The position numbers and the translations under genes were made by a program. From positions 37,332 through 101,331 of the forward strand of contig JBFOMH010000020.1 of the NCBI GenBank assembly GCA_040830765.1: DNA of 64,000 bases, written 5' to 3'. Below, piece by piece: positions 49,370 through 58,843 of the stretch; within the stretch, counting starts at the first letter, position 1, and each line of letters opens with the position of its first letter. The notes under the pieces were generated by a model. The model saw only the letters and a list, made by a program, of their open reading frames with translations, had not been told where the DNA came from and did no database searches. The DNA comes from Puniceicoccaceae bacterium (GTDB lineage Bacteria > Verrucomicrobiota > Verrucomicrobiia > Opitutales > Oceanipulchritudinaceae).

Positions 49370-50578
49370 TCAATAACTCCATTGGAACAGGATTTCACCC
49401 CTTTGTTCCGTGTATCGGCTATCCTCAACCCGTGAATCCAGCCGGGTCCACTCCCCGCGGAGGTAAACGGCAAAGGACCATGGTAGCGGTAGCTTGTATT
49501 CAGATTGGAGGGAGCGCTGGGTATGCAGGACCGGGGTGGAATCAAAGAAGTCGACTTGTCGCTCATCGTAGCGGATTTCCCTCCAGCGGGCAGTCAGCTT
49601 GACCTGTCCCCACTTGCCGGAAACCTTGGCCCTGCCGGAAATCCATGCCTGTCGCAGGGACTCATATACCCCCACCTGGTCCTTGTCCCAGGCAACTCCC
49701 GCCGTGGCGGTCAATTCGAGCCATTTCCAGTCAGCTGGTTTCCACTTGAGCCGTTCCTCAAGGAGGAGGCGGTCCACCAACAGCTGTTCCGCCTCCGGCA
49801 ACTGGATGCCGTTGGCGTCCCTTCCGAGGGCGTCATCAAAATACTGCCTCGATAGAGCAATCCGGGTGATTGTGTGAAAGCCTTTCTTCCAAACCCGTTC
49901 CCATTCCAGTCCCAGTACAGGTTCCCAGTAATCCTCCTCCTCGAGATTATACTCCGTCCGGACTATGGAGATGTCGGCCCGGAGGCGGTCAAGACGTCCG
50001 GCAAACCAGTCCAGGTAAAGCATCGTCTCCGGCCTCAATTGGCGGATGCGCGTTCCGGAGGGTTCGCCGGTTGGGGACAGGCTGGCATCGTAGATCTGGT
50101 CAGCGAAGAGAACGACGGTTTCCCAACCCAGTTCCGTACGGTTTCCCGGTCGGCTCCATGCAAGCTGGGCGAAGGTCAGGAATTCATCATCGGAATCAAC
50201 CTTGTTCTCGTAGATGTTGGCTTCCCCGTAAAAAAGGGCCGAGAGGGTGGATTTCTCCATGAACCAGCTCATCCAGAGATCCGCCTCGACTTTGTAGAAG
50301 CCGCTGTCGACCTCCTGAGGCCGCTTGAGGAAGTTGTCGCTGTAGCCCAGGCCGGCACGCAGGGAGGTGGTCAACAAAAGGCTCGAAACCGAATCGCCGA
50401 AAAGGTTCAAATCGGCGAGGGGGTCGGCCGCCCAGTCGGCACTGGACTCCGCTTCCTCAAGGAGGGCCGCCCAGTCCTCATCCGCATCCCCGGAACCGCC
50501 TTCCTGGGCGGCTCGGAGCATGGGGCAGGTGGCAAGAAGGCACAAGGCCAGACAGTAGTGGTGGAGATTCGAGGTCAT
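49370..50578 (-). CDS. putative outer-membrane beta-barrel protein
   Basis: Signal peptide, acidic N-terminal linker, GLGYSDN first strand, amphipathic strands and terminal aromatic beta-signal (GEILFQWSY). Confidence 0.7.
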   Translation of the reverse strand: MTSNLHHYCLALCLLATCPMLRAAQEGGSGDADEDWAALLEEAESSADWAADPLADLNLFGDSVSSLLLTTSLRAGLGYSDNFLKRPQEVDSGFYKVEADLWMSWFMEKSTLSALFYGEANIYENKVDSDDEFLTFAQLAWSRPGNRTELGWETVVLFADQIYDASLSPTGEPSGTRIRQLRPETMLYLDWFAGRLDRLRADISIVRTEYNLEEEDYWEPVLGLEWERVWKKGFHTITRIALSRQYFDDALGRDANGIQLPEAEQLLVDRLLLEERLKWKPADWKWLELTATAGVAWDKDQVGVYESLRQAWISGRAKVSGKWGQVKLTARWREIRYDERQVDFFDSTPVLHTQRSLQSEYKLPLPWSFAVYLRGEWTRLDSRVEDSRYTEQRGEILFQWSY

Positions 50579-50606
50579 CAGGACCCTCAGGTGGAGACAG
50601 GGGGAG

Positions 50607-50641
50607 AAAAAGAAGAGCGGGTGGGCAGGACCCACCCGCTC
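50607..50641 (-). terminator. intrinsic terminator/attenuator after the helical periplasmic protein gene
   Basis: Perfect 11-bp stem GAGCGGGTGGG-tcctg-CCCACCCGCTC followed by TTCTTTTT on the minus strand. Confidence 0.8.
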
Positions 50642-50674
50642 AGAGTGGAACGATAGGCAATGTCAGCGAAACAA

Positions 50675-51472
50675 TCAACCTTCGGGGCGGCGATCTCCAC
50701 CAGCGCCACCTTCTCCGATTCGCTTGTTCCGCATGAGTTGCTTGCGTTCTTGCAGCAGTGAGCGCAATTGTTGCCGGAGAGCAGCGTGTTCATCAGAGTC
50801 AGGGTCAAGGCCTTCCATCTGCAGTCGCAGTTGCTGTGCCTCGTTGATGTTTTCGCGGAAGCGCTGCTTGCGTTGTACCATGCTTTGCGTCACGTCCGGC
50901 GGAGGCCGGTGCGGACGGTTTTCCCGGAACCACTGGCGAATTTCCTGGGCCAGTTGACGGGTGGCGGCAATGGCTTCCTGGTTTTCCAGTTTCCAGGCCT
51001 CCACGGCAGCGCGGATTTCCTCATCAGTCGGATCCTCCAGTGCGAGGATAGCTTCCTTGCGGCTCTGGGCCAGGGTTTGGCGCATTTCTCTCAGTTCTTC
51101 CCGCTTGGCTTGGATTTCCGGGGGAATTTCAACATGCATGTCCGGCCGGTATTCGTGGACCAGTGCGCGCAGTTGATCCGCCAAGGCGTGGATGGCTGCG
51201 AATTCGTCCGCATGATCTTCCCGCCATTGGGCGAGAGCTTCCATGCGTTCTTCATCAGTGGCATCCTCCAAGGTAGCCAGCAGGGCATCACGATCGGCAT
51301 GCAAAGCTGTTTTAAGCGCGTCCAGTTCGGCACGGATATCAAGAATTTCCTGGGGGACTTCTCCATCCCAGCCACTTCCCATCCCGTCACCGGAACCGTC
51401 GCCGTGTTGATAGGCCATCGCCAAGGGCGCTGCAATCAGCACAGCGCATGTGAGGGCGAGTAATTTTTTCAT
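50675..51472 (-). CDS. secreted alpha-helical protein with two internal ~75-aa repeats
   Basis: Signal peptide MKKLLALTCAVLIAAPLAMA; SD AAAGGA. Repeats EVPQEI...LEDATDEE...W...YRP and EIPPEI...LEDPTDEE...W...NRP. Confidence 0.85.
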   Translation of the reverse strand: MKKLLALTCAVLIAAPLAMAYQHGDGSGDGMGSGWDGEVPQEILDIRAELDALKTALHADRDALLATLEDATDEERMEALAQWREDHADEFAAIHALADQLRALVHEYRPDMHVEIPPEIQAKREELREMRQTLAQSRKEAILALEDPTDEEIRAAVEAWKLENQEAIAATRQLAQEIRQWFRENRPHRPPPDVTQSMVQRKQRFRENINEAQQLRLQMEGLDPDSDEHAALRQQLRSLLQERKQLMRNKRIGEGGAGGDRRPEG

Positions 51473-51528
51473 CTGTTATCCTTTGTTCGATTGTTTATTT
51501 TAAAAGTGTGGAGATGCACGTTCTCTAT

Positions 51529-51545
51529 TGCACAATGGATGCCAG
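51529..51545 (-). promoter_or_regulatory. sigma54 -24/-12 promoter
   Basis: CTGGCATCCATTGTGCA has exact GG-N10-GC spacing, 57 nt upstream of the ATG at 51472. Confidence 0.75.
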
Positions 51546-51628
51546 CTGGGACTTTTTTATTTTAAGTTGCTGGTTAACAACAGGATAAGATTCCGGCCTG
51601 CCTTTCCACCAAGGCTCTTTAGGTATAG

Positions 51629-51693
51629 ATTGGGAAAAATACCCCAATTCCAGCGATGGCGAGATAGGGCTATATTGGGGAATATTACCCAAT
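51629..51693. promoter_or_regulatory. two palindromic enhancer (UAS) sites ATTGGG-N8-CCCAAT
   Basis: ATTGGGAAAAATACCCCAAT (51629-51648) and ATTGGGGAATATTACCCAAT (51674-51693), 45 bp apart. An AT-rich IHF-like tract lies between them and the promoter. Confidence 0.7.
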
Positions 51694-53081
51694 CAAAATC
51701 CCAACCGGTAGCGGATAAAATCGCGGGACACGCCCAGTCGACGGGCGGCAGCGGAGACATTATCGTTTTCCTGCCGCATGGCATCGTTGATGACCTTTAG
51801 GGTGAGTTCCTGGAGCGCCTCTTCAAACTGGAATCCGTTTTCCGGCAATTCCCAAAAGGGATTCATGAGTGCGCGGGTATCGCCTGCTTCTGGAGGGGTC
51901 TCGGCGGAGCCATTCAGTTGGTCGAAGGAAAGCTCGGCGGAATCGGAAAAGATGACGGCCCTTTCGATTTCATGGAGGAGCTCGCGAACGTTCCCGGGCC
52001 AGGCGTATTGCATGAGCTGGGCCTTACCTTTGCTGGAGATGCCAAGTTGAGGCAATTGGTAGCGCTTGCCAATGGATTGGAGGAGGTATTCGGCAAGGGC
52101 GGGAATATCGTCGGGGAACTGCCTCAAGGGAGGAATGCGAACATGCAGGAGATTAAGCCGGTGGAAGAGGTCCTCCCTGAAAGTGCCGTCGCGGACGAGG
52201 TTCTCGAGCGGATGGAGGGATGCGGCGATGAGGCGCACATCGACTTTTCGGTTGAGGTTGCTGCCGACCCGCCGGACCTGGCCATCCTCTATGGCATTGA
52301 GAACCTTCGCTTGAATGGGCGGCGAAAGGCTGGCTATTTCGTCGAGAAAGAGGGTACCGCCGTCAGCGGCCTCGAATAATCCAATCCGTTCCTTGCGGGC
52401 ATCCGTGAAGGCACCCCGTTCATGCCCGAACAGCTCCGACTCAGCAAGGGCTTCTGGGAGAGTAGAGCAGTTGATCTCAATGAGCGGGGCCGAAGCACGC
52501 GGTCCCTGTTCATGGATCCACCGGGCAAGTGTTGATTTACCGGTACCGGTCTCACCTTCCATGAGAATGGGGGGCAGGTTGCTTTCGAGGCGCTGGTCGG
52601 CCTCGAGAATTTTCCGGATACCTGCTTGGACCGCTTCCATGCGCTGTCCAAAAAAGAGGGATTGTGACGGCCGGGCATGTTTCTGCTGTTCGAATTCCTT
52701 GATTCGGTTTTGAGCGGCATCACGGGCTGCCCGGGAAAAGACCATCGGCAGCTCCTCGGCATCAAACGGTTTGCTGAGGTAGTCACTGGCGCCGCGCTTG
52801 ACGGCCTCGATAGCGGTCCGGATACCCCCTTCAGCAGTCATCACGACAACCCGGGTGGTGGCTGAGAAGCCGGGCTTTTCCAATAGATCAAGCCCGTTAC
52901 CATCCGGGAGGTTGATATCGAGGAGGGCAAAATCGAGTTCAGTGGCTTGAAGCACTTCCCGGGCCTCAGCCAGGTTCATCGCGGGGTAGGTCATGGCTCC
53001 TTGTGAATCGAGATACCCGCAGAGGGACTTCCGGAGCAGGGCCTCATCTTCCAGGACCAGGATTTGTCGGCCGTTGAGCAT
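51693..53081 (-). CDS. sigma54-dependent response regulator (REC-AAA+-Fis HTH)
   Basis: LEDE, LLDINLPDG, GETGTGKS, ESELFGHERGAFTDA, GGTLFLDEI, WPGNVREL and NVSAAARRLG motifs. Confidence 0.96.
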   Translation of the reverse strand: MLNGRQILVLEDEALLRKSLCGYLDSQGAMTYPAMNLAEAREVLQATELDFALLDINLPDGNGLDLLEKPGFSATTRVVVMTAEGGIRTAIEAVKRGASDYLSKPFDAEELPMVFSRAARDAAQNRIKEFEQQKHARPSQSLFFGQRMEAVQAGIRKILEADQRLESNLPPILMEGETGTGKSTLARWIHEQGPRASAPLIEINCSTLPEALAESELFGHERGAFTDARKERIGLFEAADGGTLFLDEIASLSPPIQAKVLNAIEDGQVRRVGSNLNRKVDVRLIAASLHPLENLVRDGTFREDLFHRLNLLHVRIPPLRQFPDDIPALAEYLLQSIGKRYQLPQLGISSKGKAQLMQYAWPGNVRELLHEIERAVIFSDSAELSFDQLNGSAETPPEAGDTRALMNPFWELPENGFQFEEALQELTLKVINDAMRQENDNVSAAARRLGVSRDFIRYRLGF

Positions 53082-53305
53082 ATCTTCCAGCCTTGTGAAA
53101 ATTAGGACCCTGGCAAGCTGGATTGACCGCCTGCCAGGGCCGAGTGGGGGCATAACCGGAACCAGCGTTATGCCAGTTAGGCCTAGGGTAAGCCTGCCTG
53201 TTTTGTCCGTTCCCAGAGAGGATTGTTCCTAAATTTTTTGCCTCCGGATTGACAGCGGCAGGCAGTGATGTCGATCATACCGGATTGCCCGGATTGGGCC
53301 TGCTT

Positions 53306-54580
53306 ATGTTTGATGTAAGGGAAAAGCCAAAGATGGTGGAGCGCGCCTACCTTGTCGGGGTAGCTGGTCCCGGCGAGACAACCGATGAGGCGGCCAACCT
53401 TCTGGCTGAACTGGAAGAACTGGTCGGCACCTTGCGGATTGGCATAGTCGGCAAGGAGCAGGTGCAGCTGAGGAAACCGCAGGCCCGGTACCTGCTCGGT
53501 ACGGGGAAGGTGGACACGGTCATCGAAAAGGCCCGGGAACTGGGTGCGGACTGCCTGGTTTTTGACGCGGAACTGAGCCCCGCCCAACAGCGGAACTGGG
53601 AAGCGGCGAGCGGTGTTTGCGTGATAGACCGCCAGGAGATCATTCTCGATATTTTCAGTGAGCGGGCCCGAACCCGGGAGGCGGTCCTGCAGGTGGAGCT
53701 GGCCCGTTCCGAGCATTCGCTGCCCCGCCTTAAGAACGCGTGGACCCACTTGAGCCGGCAGCGAGGCGGTGGGGGTGTAACCCAGCGCGGTGAGGGTGAG
53801 GCGCAAATCGAGCTGGATGCCCGCATGGTCCGTCAAAGGATAGCCAAACTGAAGCGGGAGTTATCCCTGGTTGTCCGTCATCGGGAAACGCAGCGCAAGC
53901 AGCGTCAAAAGGTACCGGTGCCGACGGCTGCCATTGTCGGGTATACCAACGCTGGAAAGTCCACGCTTCTTAACGCCATGACCGGAGCGGATGTCCTTTC
54001 GGAGGACAAGCTCTTTGCCACCCTTGATCCGACAACCCGCCAGTTGCGGTTGCCCTCGGGCCAGAAGTTGCTCCTGACCGACACCGTTGGCTTTGTCAGG
54101 CGATTGCCCCACCAGCTTGTCGATGCCTTCAAGGCGACCCTTGAAGAAGCCGTCCTGGCCGACTTTCTCGTACACGTCGTGGACGTCAGTAATCCGGAAT
54201 TTGAGGAGCAAATGGCAACAACCCTGGAAGTCCTGAAGGAGCTTGGGGCTGATGAAAAACAAATCGTCACGGTCTACAACAAAATCGACTTGTGTCCGGA
54301 TGTGCCCCTTGCCGGCCAGGATGGGAAGCAACTGGACCGGGTTGCTGTGAGTGCCGTTACCGGTGTTGGTTTGGAGCATCTCATGAAGGTTTTTGAGAGG
54401 CAACTTGAGGACCGCATGCTAACGGTTAATTTAAAGGTTCCTTTCGACCGTTATGACCTCATCAGTCTCCTTCACGAGCAGGGAAATGTGCGCGAGGAAA
54501 AACCCGGGGAGGAGGGGGTGTTGTTGATAGCAAATGTTCCCCTGCGTCTGCGGAAGTCCTTTGAACCCTATATCGTTTAA
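53306..54580 (+). CDS. hflX: ribosome-associated GTPase HflX
   Basis: LSPAQQRN, QVELA, GYTNAGKST, LFATLDPT, DTVGF and NKID motifs. Confidence 0.97.
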   Translation: MFDVREKPKMVERAYLVGVAGPGETTDEAANLLAELEELVGTLRIGIVGKEQVQLRKPQARYLLGTGKVDTVIEKARELGADCLVFDAELSPAQQRNWEAASGVCVIDRQEIILDIFSERARTREAVLQVELARSEHSLPRLKNAWTHLSRQRGGGGVTQRGEGEAQIELDARMVRQRIAKLKRELSLVVRHRETQRKQRQKVPVPTAAIVGYTNAGKSTLLNAMTGADVLSEDKLFATLDPTTRQLRLPSGQKLLLTDTVGFVRRLPHQLVDAFKATLEEAVLADFLVHVVDVSNPEFEEQMATTLEVLKELGADEKQIVTVYNKIDLCPDVPLAGQDGKQLDRVAVSAVTGVGLEHLMKVFERQLEDRMLTVNLKVPFDRYDLISLLHEQGNVREEKPGEEGVLLIANVPLRLRKSFEPYIV

Positions 54581-55041
54581 GGCAGGGCCGCCCTGAGAAG
54601 GGTCACGTAATCCTCGGCACTGATGTCCTTGAATCCATGGCGCAGCAATTCCTGTCCGTCCGGGGCAAGTATGATGACGGTTGGGTAGGACTTGATATCG
54701 AAATGAATCACCAATGCCTGCAACTGGGCTGTCTCCTCCTTGGTCAAGGCTGGCTTCCTCCTCGCAATGACCGGAAAGTAGATGAGCTCGGTTTCTGCGA
54801 AGGATGCGAAAGCTTCCGACTCCAGGATCCCTTCGACGAACCGTTTACTGCTTACCGACCAATCTTCACCAATGAAGGTAACATAAAGCAGCTTTGTTTC
54901 AGAGCGGGCCTGATCGAGAGCCTCCTCCAGTGGCATTTCCAGCAAATTCCCATTCAGGGCCATGGGAAGGCAGAGGCTGAAGACTACCAGCAGCCGGCGG
55001 AGAATACAGCCCGAGTGAGAATCCTTATTCGGCAGCGTCAC
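54577..55041 (-). CDS. exported thioredoxin-fold protein lacking CxxC
   Basis: FIGEDWSVSS at the usual WCxxC position and cis-Pro motif IKSYPT. The start is uncertain. Confidence 0.7.
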   Translation of the reverse strand: MTLPNKDSHSGCILRRLLVVFSLCLPMALNGNLLEMPLEEALDQARSETKLLYVTFIGEDWSVSSKRFVEGILESEAFASFAETELIYFPVIARRKPALTKEETAQLQALVIHFDIKSYPTVIILAPDGQELLRHGFKDISAEDYVTLLRAALP

Positions 55042-55543
55042 TTTTCAACGCGAGGAGAATATCCTCCGACTGGGACGTTGGCTTGGCACTTAAGTCACGC
55101 CACGCCACCTTGCCATCGACGACAAGAAAGGTCTGGCGCTTGTAAGCCATGCCGAGGAAGCCATCGACCTGGAAGGCCTTCCCAAGGACCTTTTCCTCAT
55201 CGGCGACGAGGATGAAGGGCAGGGCGTACTCTTCAGTGAAAGCCTTCTGCTTATCCACGGAGTCCGTGCTGACGCCAACAACTGTCACACCGGCCTTCCT
55301 GAGGTCATCATAGTTGTCCCTGACGTTACAGACTTGCTTGGTGCATCCACCGGTGAAGGAGCGTGGATAGAAGAAAACGGCAACAGGACCTTTCGCATAA
55401 AGGTCGGCCATATCCAAGGATTCCCCAAGGTGGGTGACAACAGTCACTTCCGGGGCCTTATCCCCGACTTTCAGGGGTTCGTCAGCAAAAAGGGAGAATG
55501 GGCTCATGGCTATAATACAAGTTACGATAAACAGGTGTTTCAT
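55025..55543 (-). CDS. peroxiredoxin (BCP/PrxQ) with signal peptide
   Basis: FFYPRSFTGGCTKQVC, GVSTD and RQTF motifs; cleavable-looking N-terminus. Confidence 0.9.
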   Translation of the reverse strand: MKHLFIVTCIIAMSPFSLFADEPLKVGDKAPEVTVVTHLGESLDMADLYAKGPVAVFFYPRSFTGGCTKQVCNVRDNYDDLRKAGVTVVGVSTDSVDKQKAFTEEYALPFILVADEEKVLGKAFQVDGFLGMAYKRQTFLVVDGKVAWRDLSAKPTSQSEDILLALKSDAAE

Positions 55544-55597
55544 AGCCACAAACTTGCAGCTATCCTGAACTTTGGCAACTTGACTCTGCCGAACGGC

Positions 55598-55969
55598 TTA
55601 TTTTGTCGACCAAAGGGGATTTTCCCGTGCTGTATCGATCAGCTTCTGGGTCGTCCGGTCGAGGCGGCTAGCCAGGGTCCGGATCAGTTTGACGGCAATC
55701 TCCGGATTACTGCGCACGAGGGCATCTAGGGAATCAATCTGGTAGAAGGCAATCTTGGCCGCATTTTTGGCGCGTACTGTGCAGGTGCGCGGTCGACCGA
55801 GGATGTCCCCCATTTCCCCGAAGATGGTTCCCGGGTACATGATGACCGCAAGAAGGACGTCGTCCTTGAAGACCTCCAAGGTACCTGACTTGAGAATGAA
55901 AAATCCGGAACCCTCCTCGCCTTGCTCGAGGATTGTCTGACCAGGTGAAACTTCGATGATTTTTTCCAT
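55598..55969 (-). CDS. stand-alone cyclic-nucleotide-binding domain protein
   Basis: ILEQGE, LKSGTLEV, FGEM and PRTCTVRA motifs; no HTH. Confidence 0.88.
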   Translation of the reverse strand: MEKIIEVSPGQTILEQGEEGSGFFILKSGTLEVFKDDVLLAVIMYPGTIFGEMGDILGRPRTCTVRAKNAAKIAFYQIDSLDALVRSNPEIAVKLIRTLASRLDRTTQKLIDTARENPLWSTK

Positions 55970-56067
55970 GCTATCGCTCCGCTCGATAACCCTAATGCGA
56001 TAATTGTTTAGGGTTCCGTGAATGGATGCAAGCTTACGATCGCGTGGAGTCGTGAAGGAATTGTAAA

Positions 56068-58164
56068 TTATTGCTTGGATGCCGTCTCAAGTGCCTCAAG
56101 AACGATTCCAGGGGTCAGGATCTCGGGAAGATTGACTGGCTCAGGACTTCCCGGTCCAAATACCAGATTGAAGGGAACAGCGGACCGGTTGTAGCGGGCA
56201 AGCTCTGTACTGATTTGCGCATCCTTGTTAGTCCAGTCGGCCTTCAAAAGGACGACATCCAGCGCTGCAATGGCGTTCTGGACCTTGTCCGAACTGAATA
56301 CAGCTGCCTTGTTGGTTTGGCAGGTGACACACCAGCGGGCCGTAAAGTCGACATAGACCAGCCTGCCGCTGGCAGCCAGCTGCTCCGCCTTTCCAGGCTC
56401 CCAATCCTCCCAGGCGCTGGGGCCTTTGCTGGTACCTGAAATTCCGGTGCCGATGGCGGCGATCAGGAACAGCGCGGCAACGATGGTGCCAATCCGCCGC
56501 ACCGGCGGCCGACGGTGAAAGGCGGCCCATCGGCCATAAATCCACAGGGCTACAGCCAGGATGACCAGACTGAAGAGAACCTTGAGAAAGCTGAATGGAC
56601 CGAAGCTGCTTGCTTCGGTTAGCTGGCCGGCGAGCACCCAGAGCAGGTAGGCGACCGTTCCGTAGAGGAGAAAGGCCATGACTTGTTTGAAGGTCTCCAT
56701 CCACGCGCCAGGCTTGGGAAGCCAGCGAATCAGGGATGGGAAAGCTGACAGGACAAGGTAGGGAGTGGACAGGCCGACGGCGATGACAGTGAAGATCAGA
56801 AATGAGGACAAGGGCGGCAAGGCAAGGGCCGCACCGAGTGCGGGAGCGAGGAAGGGGGCCGCACAAGGCGTCGCCACCACCGTCGCCAGGACGCCGCTGA
56901 AAAAGGTGCCTGCGAGGCCGCTTTTACCAGTCAGTTTTGAACCAACGCCGACAGCGGATTGCCCGACCTCAAAAAGGCCACTCATGTTAAGGCCGAACCC
57001 GAAGAGAATCAGCGCCAGGGCGAGGACGAAAGCAGGAGACTGGAGCTGGAATCCCCAGCCCAACTGGTTTCCGCTTGAACGAAGGACAAGGAGGAATGTT
57101 GTCAGGGCCCAAAACGAGAGGATGACTCCCGCGGTGAAGACGAGGCCGTGCATGACTATCTTGCTGCGCGACTCTCCAGCCTGGTTGACGAAGCCCATGA
57201 TCTTGATGCCCAGAACCGGGAATACGCACGGCATCAGGTTGAGAATCATGCCGCCGACGAAGGCCAGCAGGAGCGTGACCGGCCAGGAAGGGATGGCCGT
57301 ATTGGATGTTGTTGATGCTGCGGTTAAGGGCACGTTAACGGCCAACCCCGGCCGGCCTTCCAAAGCAGGCCAACCGTCATCAGCCTTCAGGACGCCGCTC
57401 AATTTCTCCGGGATTTCCGCTGTCGATTCGGCCAGTGGGATGGTCAGGGTCAAGGTTCCTGAGGACTGGGAAACAGCTGTCGCTTCTGCAGCGGGATTGA
57501 TGAGCAGGTCCTGATCAAAGAAGTAAGCTGAAGCCGGAATTTGAGGACCTGAGACTTCCAGCAACACTGTCCGTCCTTCCACCCTTGCGGTCAGGGAGTA
57601 TGGGTGGTCAGTGACGGGTTGCTCCTTTTCCGCCGTCTTGAAAAGATCCGCATGCTCTGTCGGTTGCGGAAGCGCCTGGTCAACTGGCAGACGCAGGGAC
57701 CCTTTGGAACCGCCAGGTATGCAAACGTCCTCACACATCAGCCAGTCGGCAGTATAGCCGACTTCTACCCACTCTTCCGGTAGGTCAGCCGGCGGATACA
57801 GCGTGGCCGTGACCAGTGTTGTTCCCTCGTAGACATATTCGGTAAACCCACTGAAGACATAGAGGCTGGGGGTTGGCCACTGCAGTTCACTGATGCTGAA
57901 ACCTTCCGGCACGTCCCACTCAACGGTCGTTGCATACCCGGTAGCAGAGTTGATCCAGTAGGTATGCCACTTCGGTTGGTGCTTTATCAGCAAACCGATG
58001 CGAACGGGCACGCCGGGCTGGATGTGGCTTGATTCGGCGACGAGATCAGCCGTTACGGGCTGCTCTTCATCCATGCCAAAAGCGGATAACTGGCCGTGCA
58101 ATGGCAACGTGCAAGAAAAAGAAAGGAGCAGGAGCCCACACCAGTGCCGGGTAAATTGCTTCAT
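56068..58164 (-). CDS. dsbD: protein-disulfide reductase, DsbD/ScsB family
   Basis: Periplasmic WHTYW...CEDVCIPG, TM domain NLMPCVFP and ATPCAAP, PKPGAWM, and C-terminal Trx WCVTC. Confidence 0.92.
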   Translation of the reverse strand: MKQFTRHWCGLLLLSFSCTLPLHGQLSAFGMDEEQPVTADLVAESSHIQPGVPVRIGLLIKHQPKWHTYWINSATGYATTVEWDVPEGFSISELQWPTPSLYVFSGFTEYVYEGTTLVTATLYPPADLPEEWVEVGYTADWLMCEDVCIPGGSKGSLRLPVDQALPQPTEHADLFKTAEKEQPVTDHPYSLTARVEGRTVLLEVSGPQIPASAYFFDQDLLINPAAEATAVSQSSGTLTLTIPLAESTAEIPEKLSGVLKADDGWPALEGRPGLAVNVPLTAASTTSNTAIPSWPVTLLLAFVGGMILNLMPCVFPVLGIKIMGFVNQAGESRSKIVMHGLVFTAGVILSFWALTTFLLVLRSSGNQLGWGFQLQSPAFVLALALILFGFGLNMSGLFEVGQSAVGVGSKLTGKSGLAGTFFSGVLATVVATPCAAPFLAPALGAALALPPLSSFLIFTVIAVGLSTPYLVLSAFPSLIRWLPKPGAWMETFKQVMAFLLYGTVAYLLWVLAGQLTEASSFGPFSFLKVLFSLVILAVALWIYGRWAAFHRRPPVRRIGTIVAALFLIAAIGTGISGTSKGPSAWEDWEPGKAEQLAASGRLVYVDFTARWCVTCQTNKAAVFSSDKVQNAIAALDVVLLKADWTNKDAQISTELARYNRSAVPFNLVFGPGSPEPVNLPEILTPGIVLEALETASKQ

Positions 58165-58279
58165 GTCAGTGGGAAAGGGTAGTGTCGTTAAATATTCCTT
58201 TCAAAGTGAGGAACATGGGTATCAACTGAGAAACACGTTGAATTTATAGCCCTCACGGACTGACAATGGCCATCAAATT

Positions 58280-58843
58280 GTGAAACCGGTTATCTGCATT
58301 TCCCCCGAACTGTCATTAAGTGTGCTTCGGCCCTCGGAAGCAGGCGCGCTCTATGCCCTGATCAACCGAAACCGCGGACACCTGCGGGCGTGGTTGCCTT
58401 GGGTAGACGCAACCAGAAGTCCGATCGATTCGAGGCGATTCCTTGAATTGAGTTATGCCGGATTTCTCGCCGGGGAGGGATTCAGCTATGGCATTCGCTG
58501 GCAGGAATCACTTGCCGGGGTTGTTGGGTTTCACGGTTTTGACCGGTTGAACCGGATAACCAGCCTTGGCTACTGGCTGGCCAAGGACCACTGCGGCAAC
58601 GGCATCATGCGCCAGTCGGTGGCCGCCAGCATAGATTTTGCGATCCGGGATCTACAGATGAATCGTATCTATATCCGTTGCGCCGAAGGCAATGAACGGA
58701 GCAAGCGGATTCCGCAAAGCCTCGGCTTTTCCCTCGAGGGTGTGCAGCGTGAGGCTGAGTGGCTTTACGACCACTTTGTCAACCTGGAGGTGTACAGTCT
58801 CCTTGCCTCAGAATGGCGGCTTTCAACCCTCACTCTCGGCTGA
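58280..58843 (+). CDS. GNAT acetyltransferase (RimL/YdaF-like)
   Basis: NRGHLRAWLPW, SLGYWL, GNGIM, NERS..IPQSLGF.LEG motifs. Confidence 0.9.
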   Translation: MKPVICISPELSLSVLRPSEAGALYALINRNRGHLRAWLPWVDATRSPIDSRRFLELSYAGFLAGEGFSYGIRWQESLAGVVGFHGFDRLNRITSLGYWLAKDHCGNGIMRQSVAASIDFAIRDLQMNRIYIRCAEGNERSKRIPQSLGFSLEGVQREAEWLYDHFVNLEVYSLLASEWRLSTLTLG

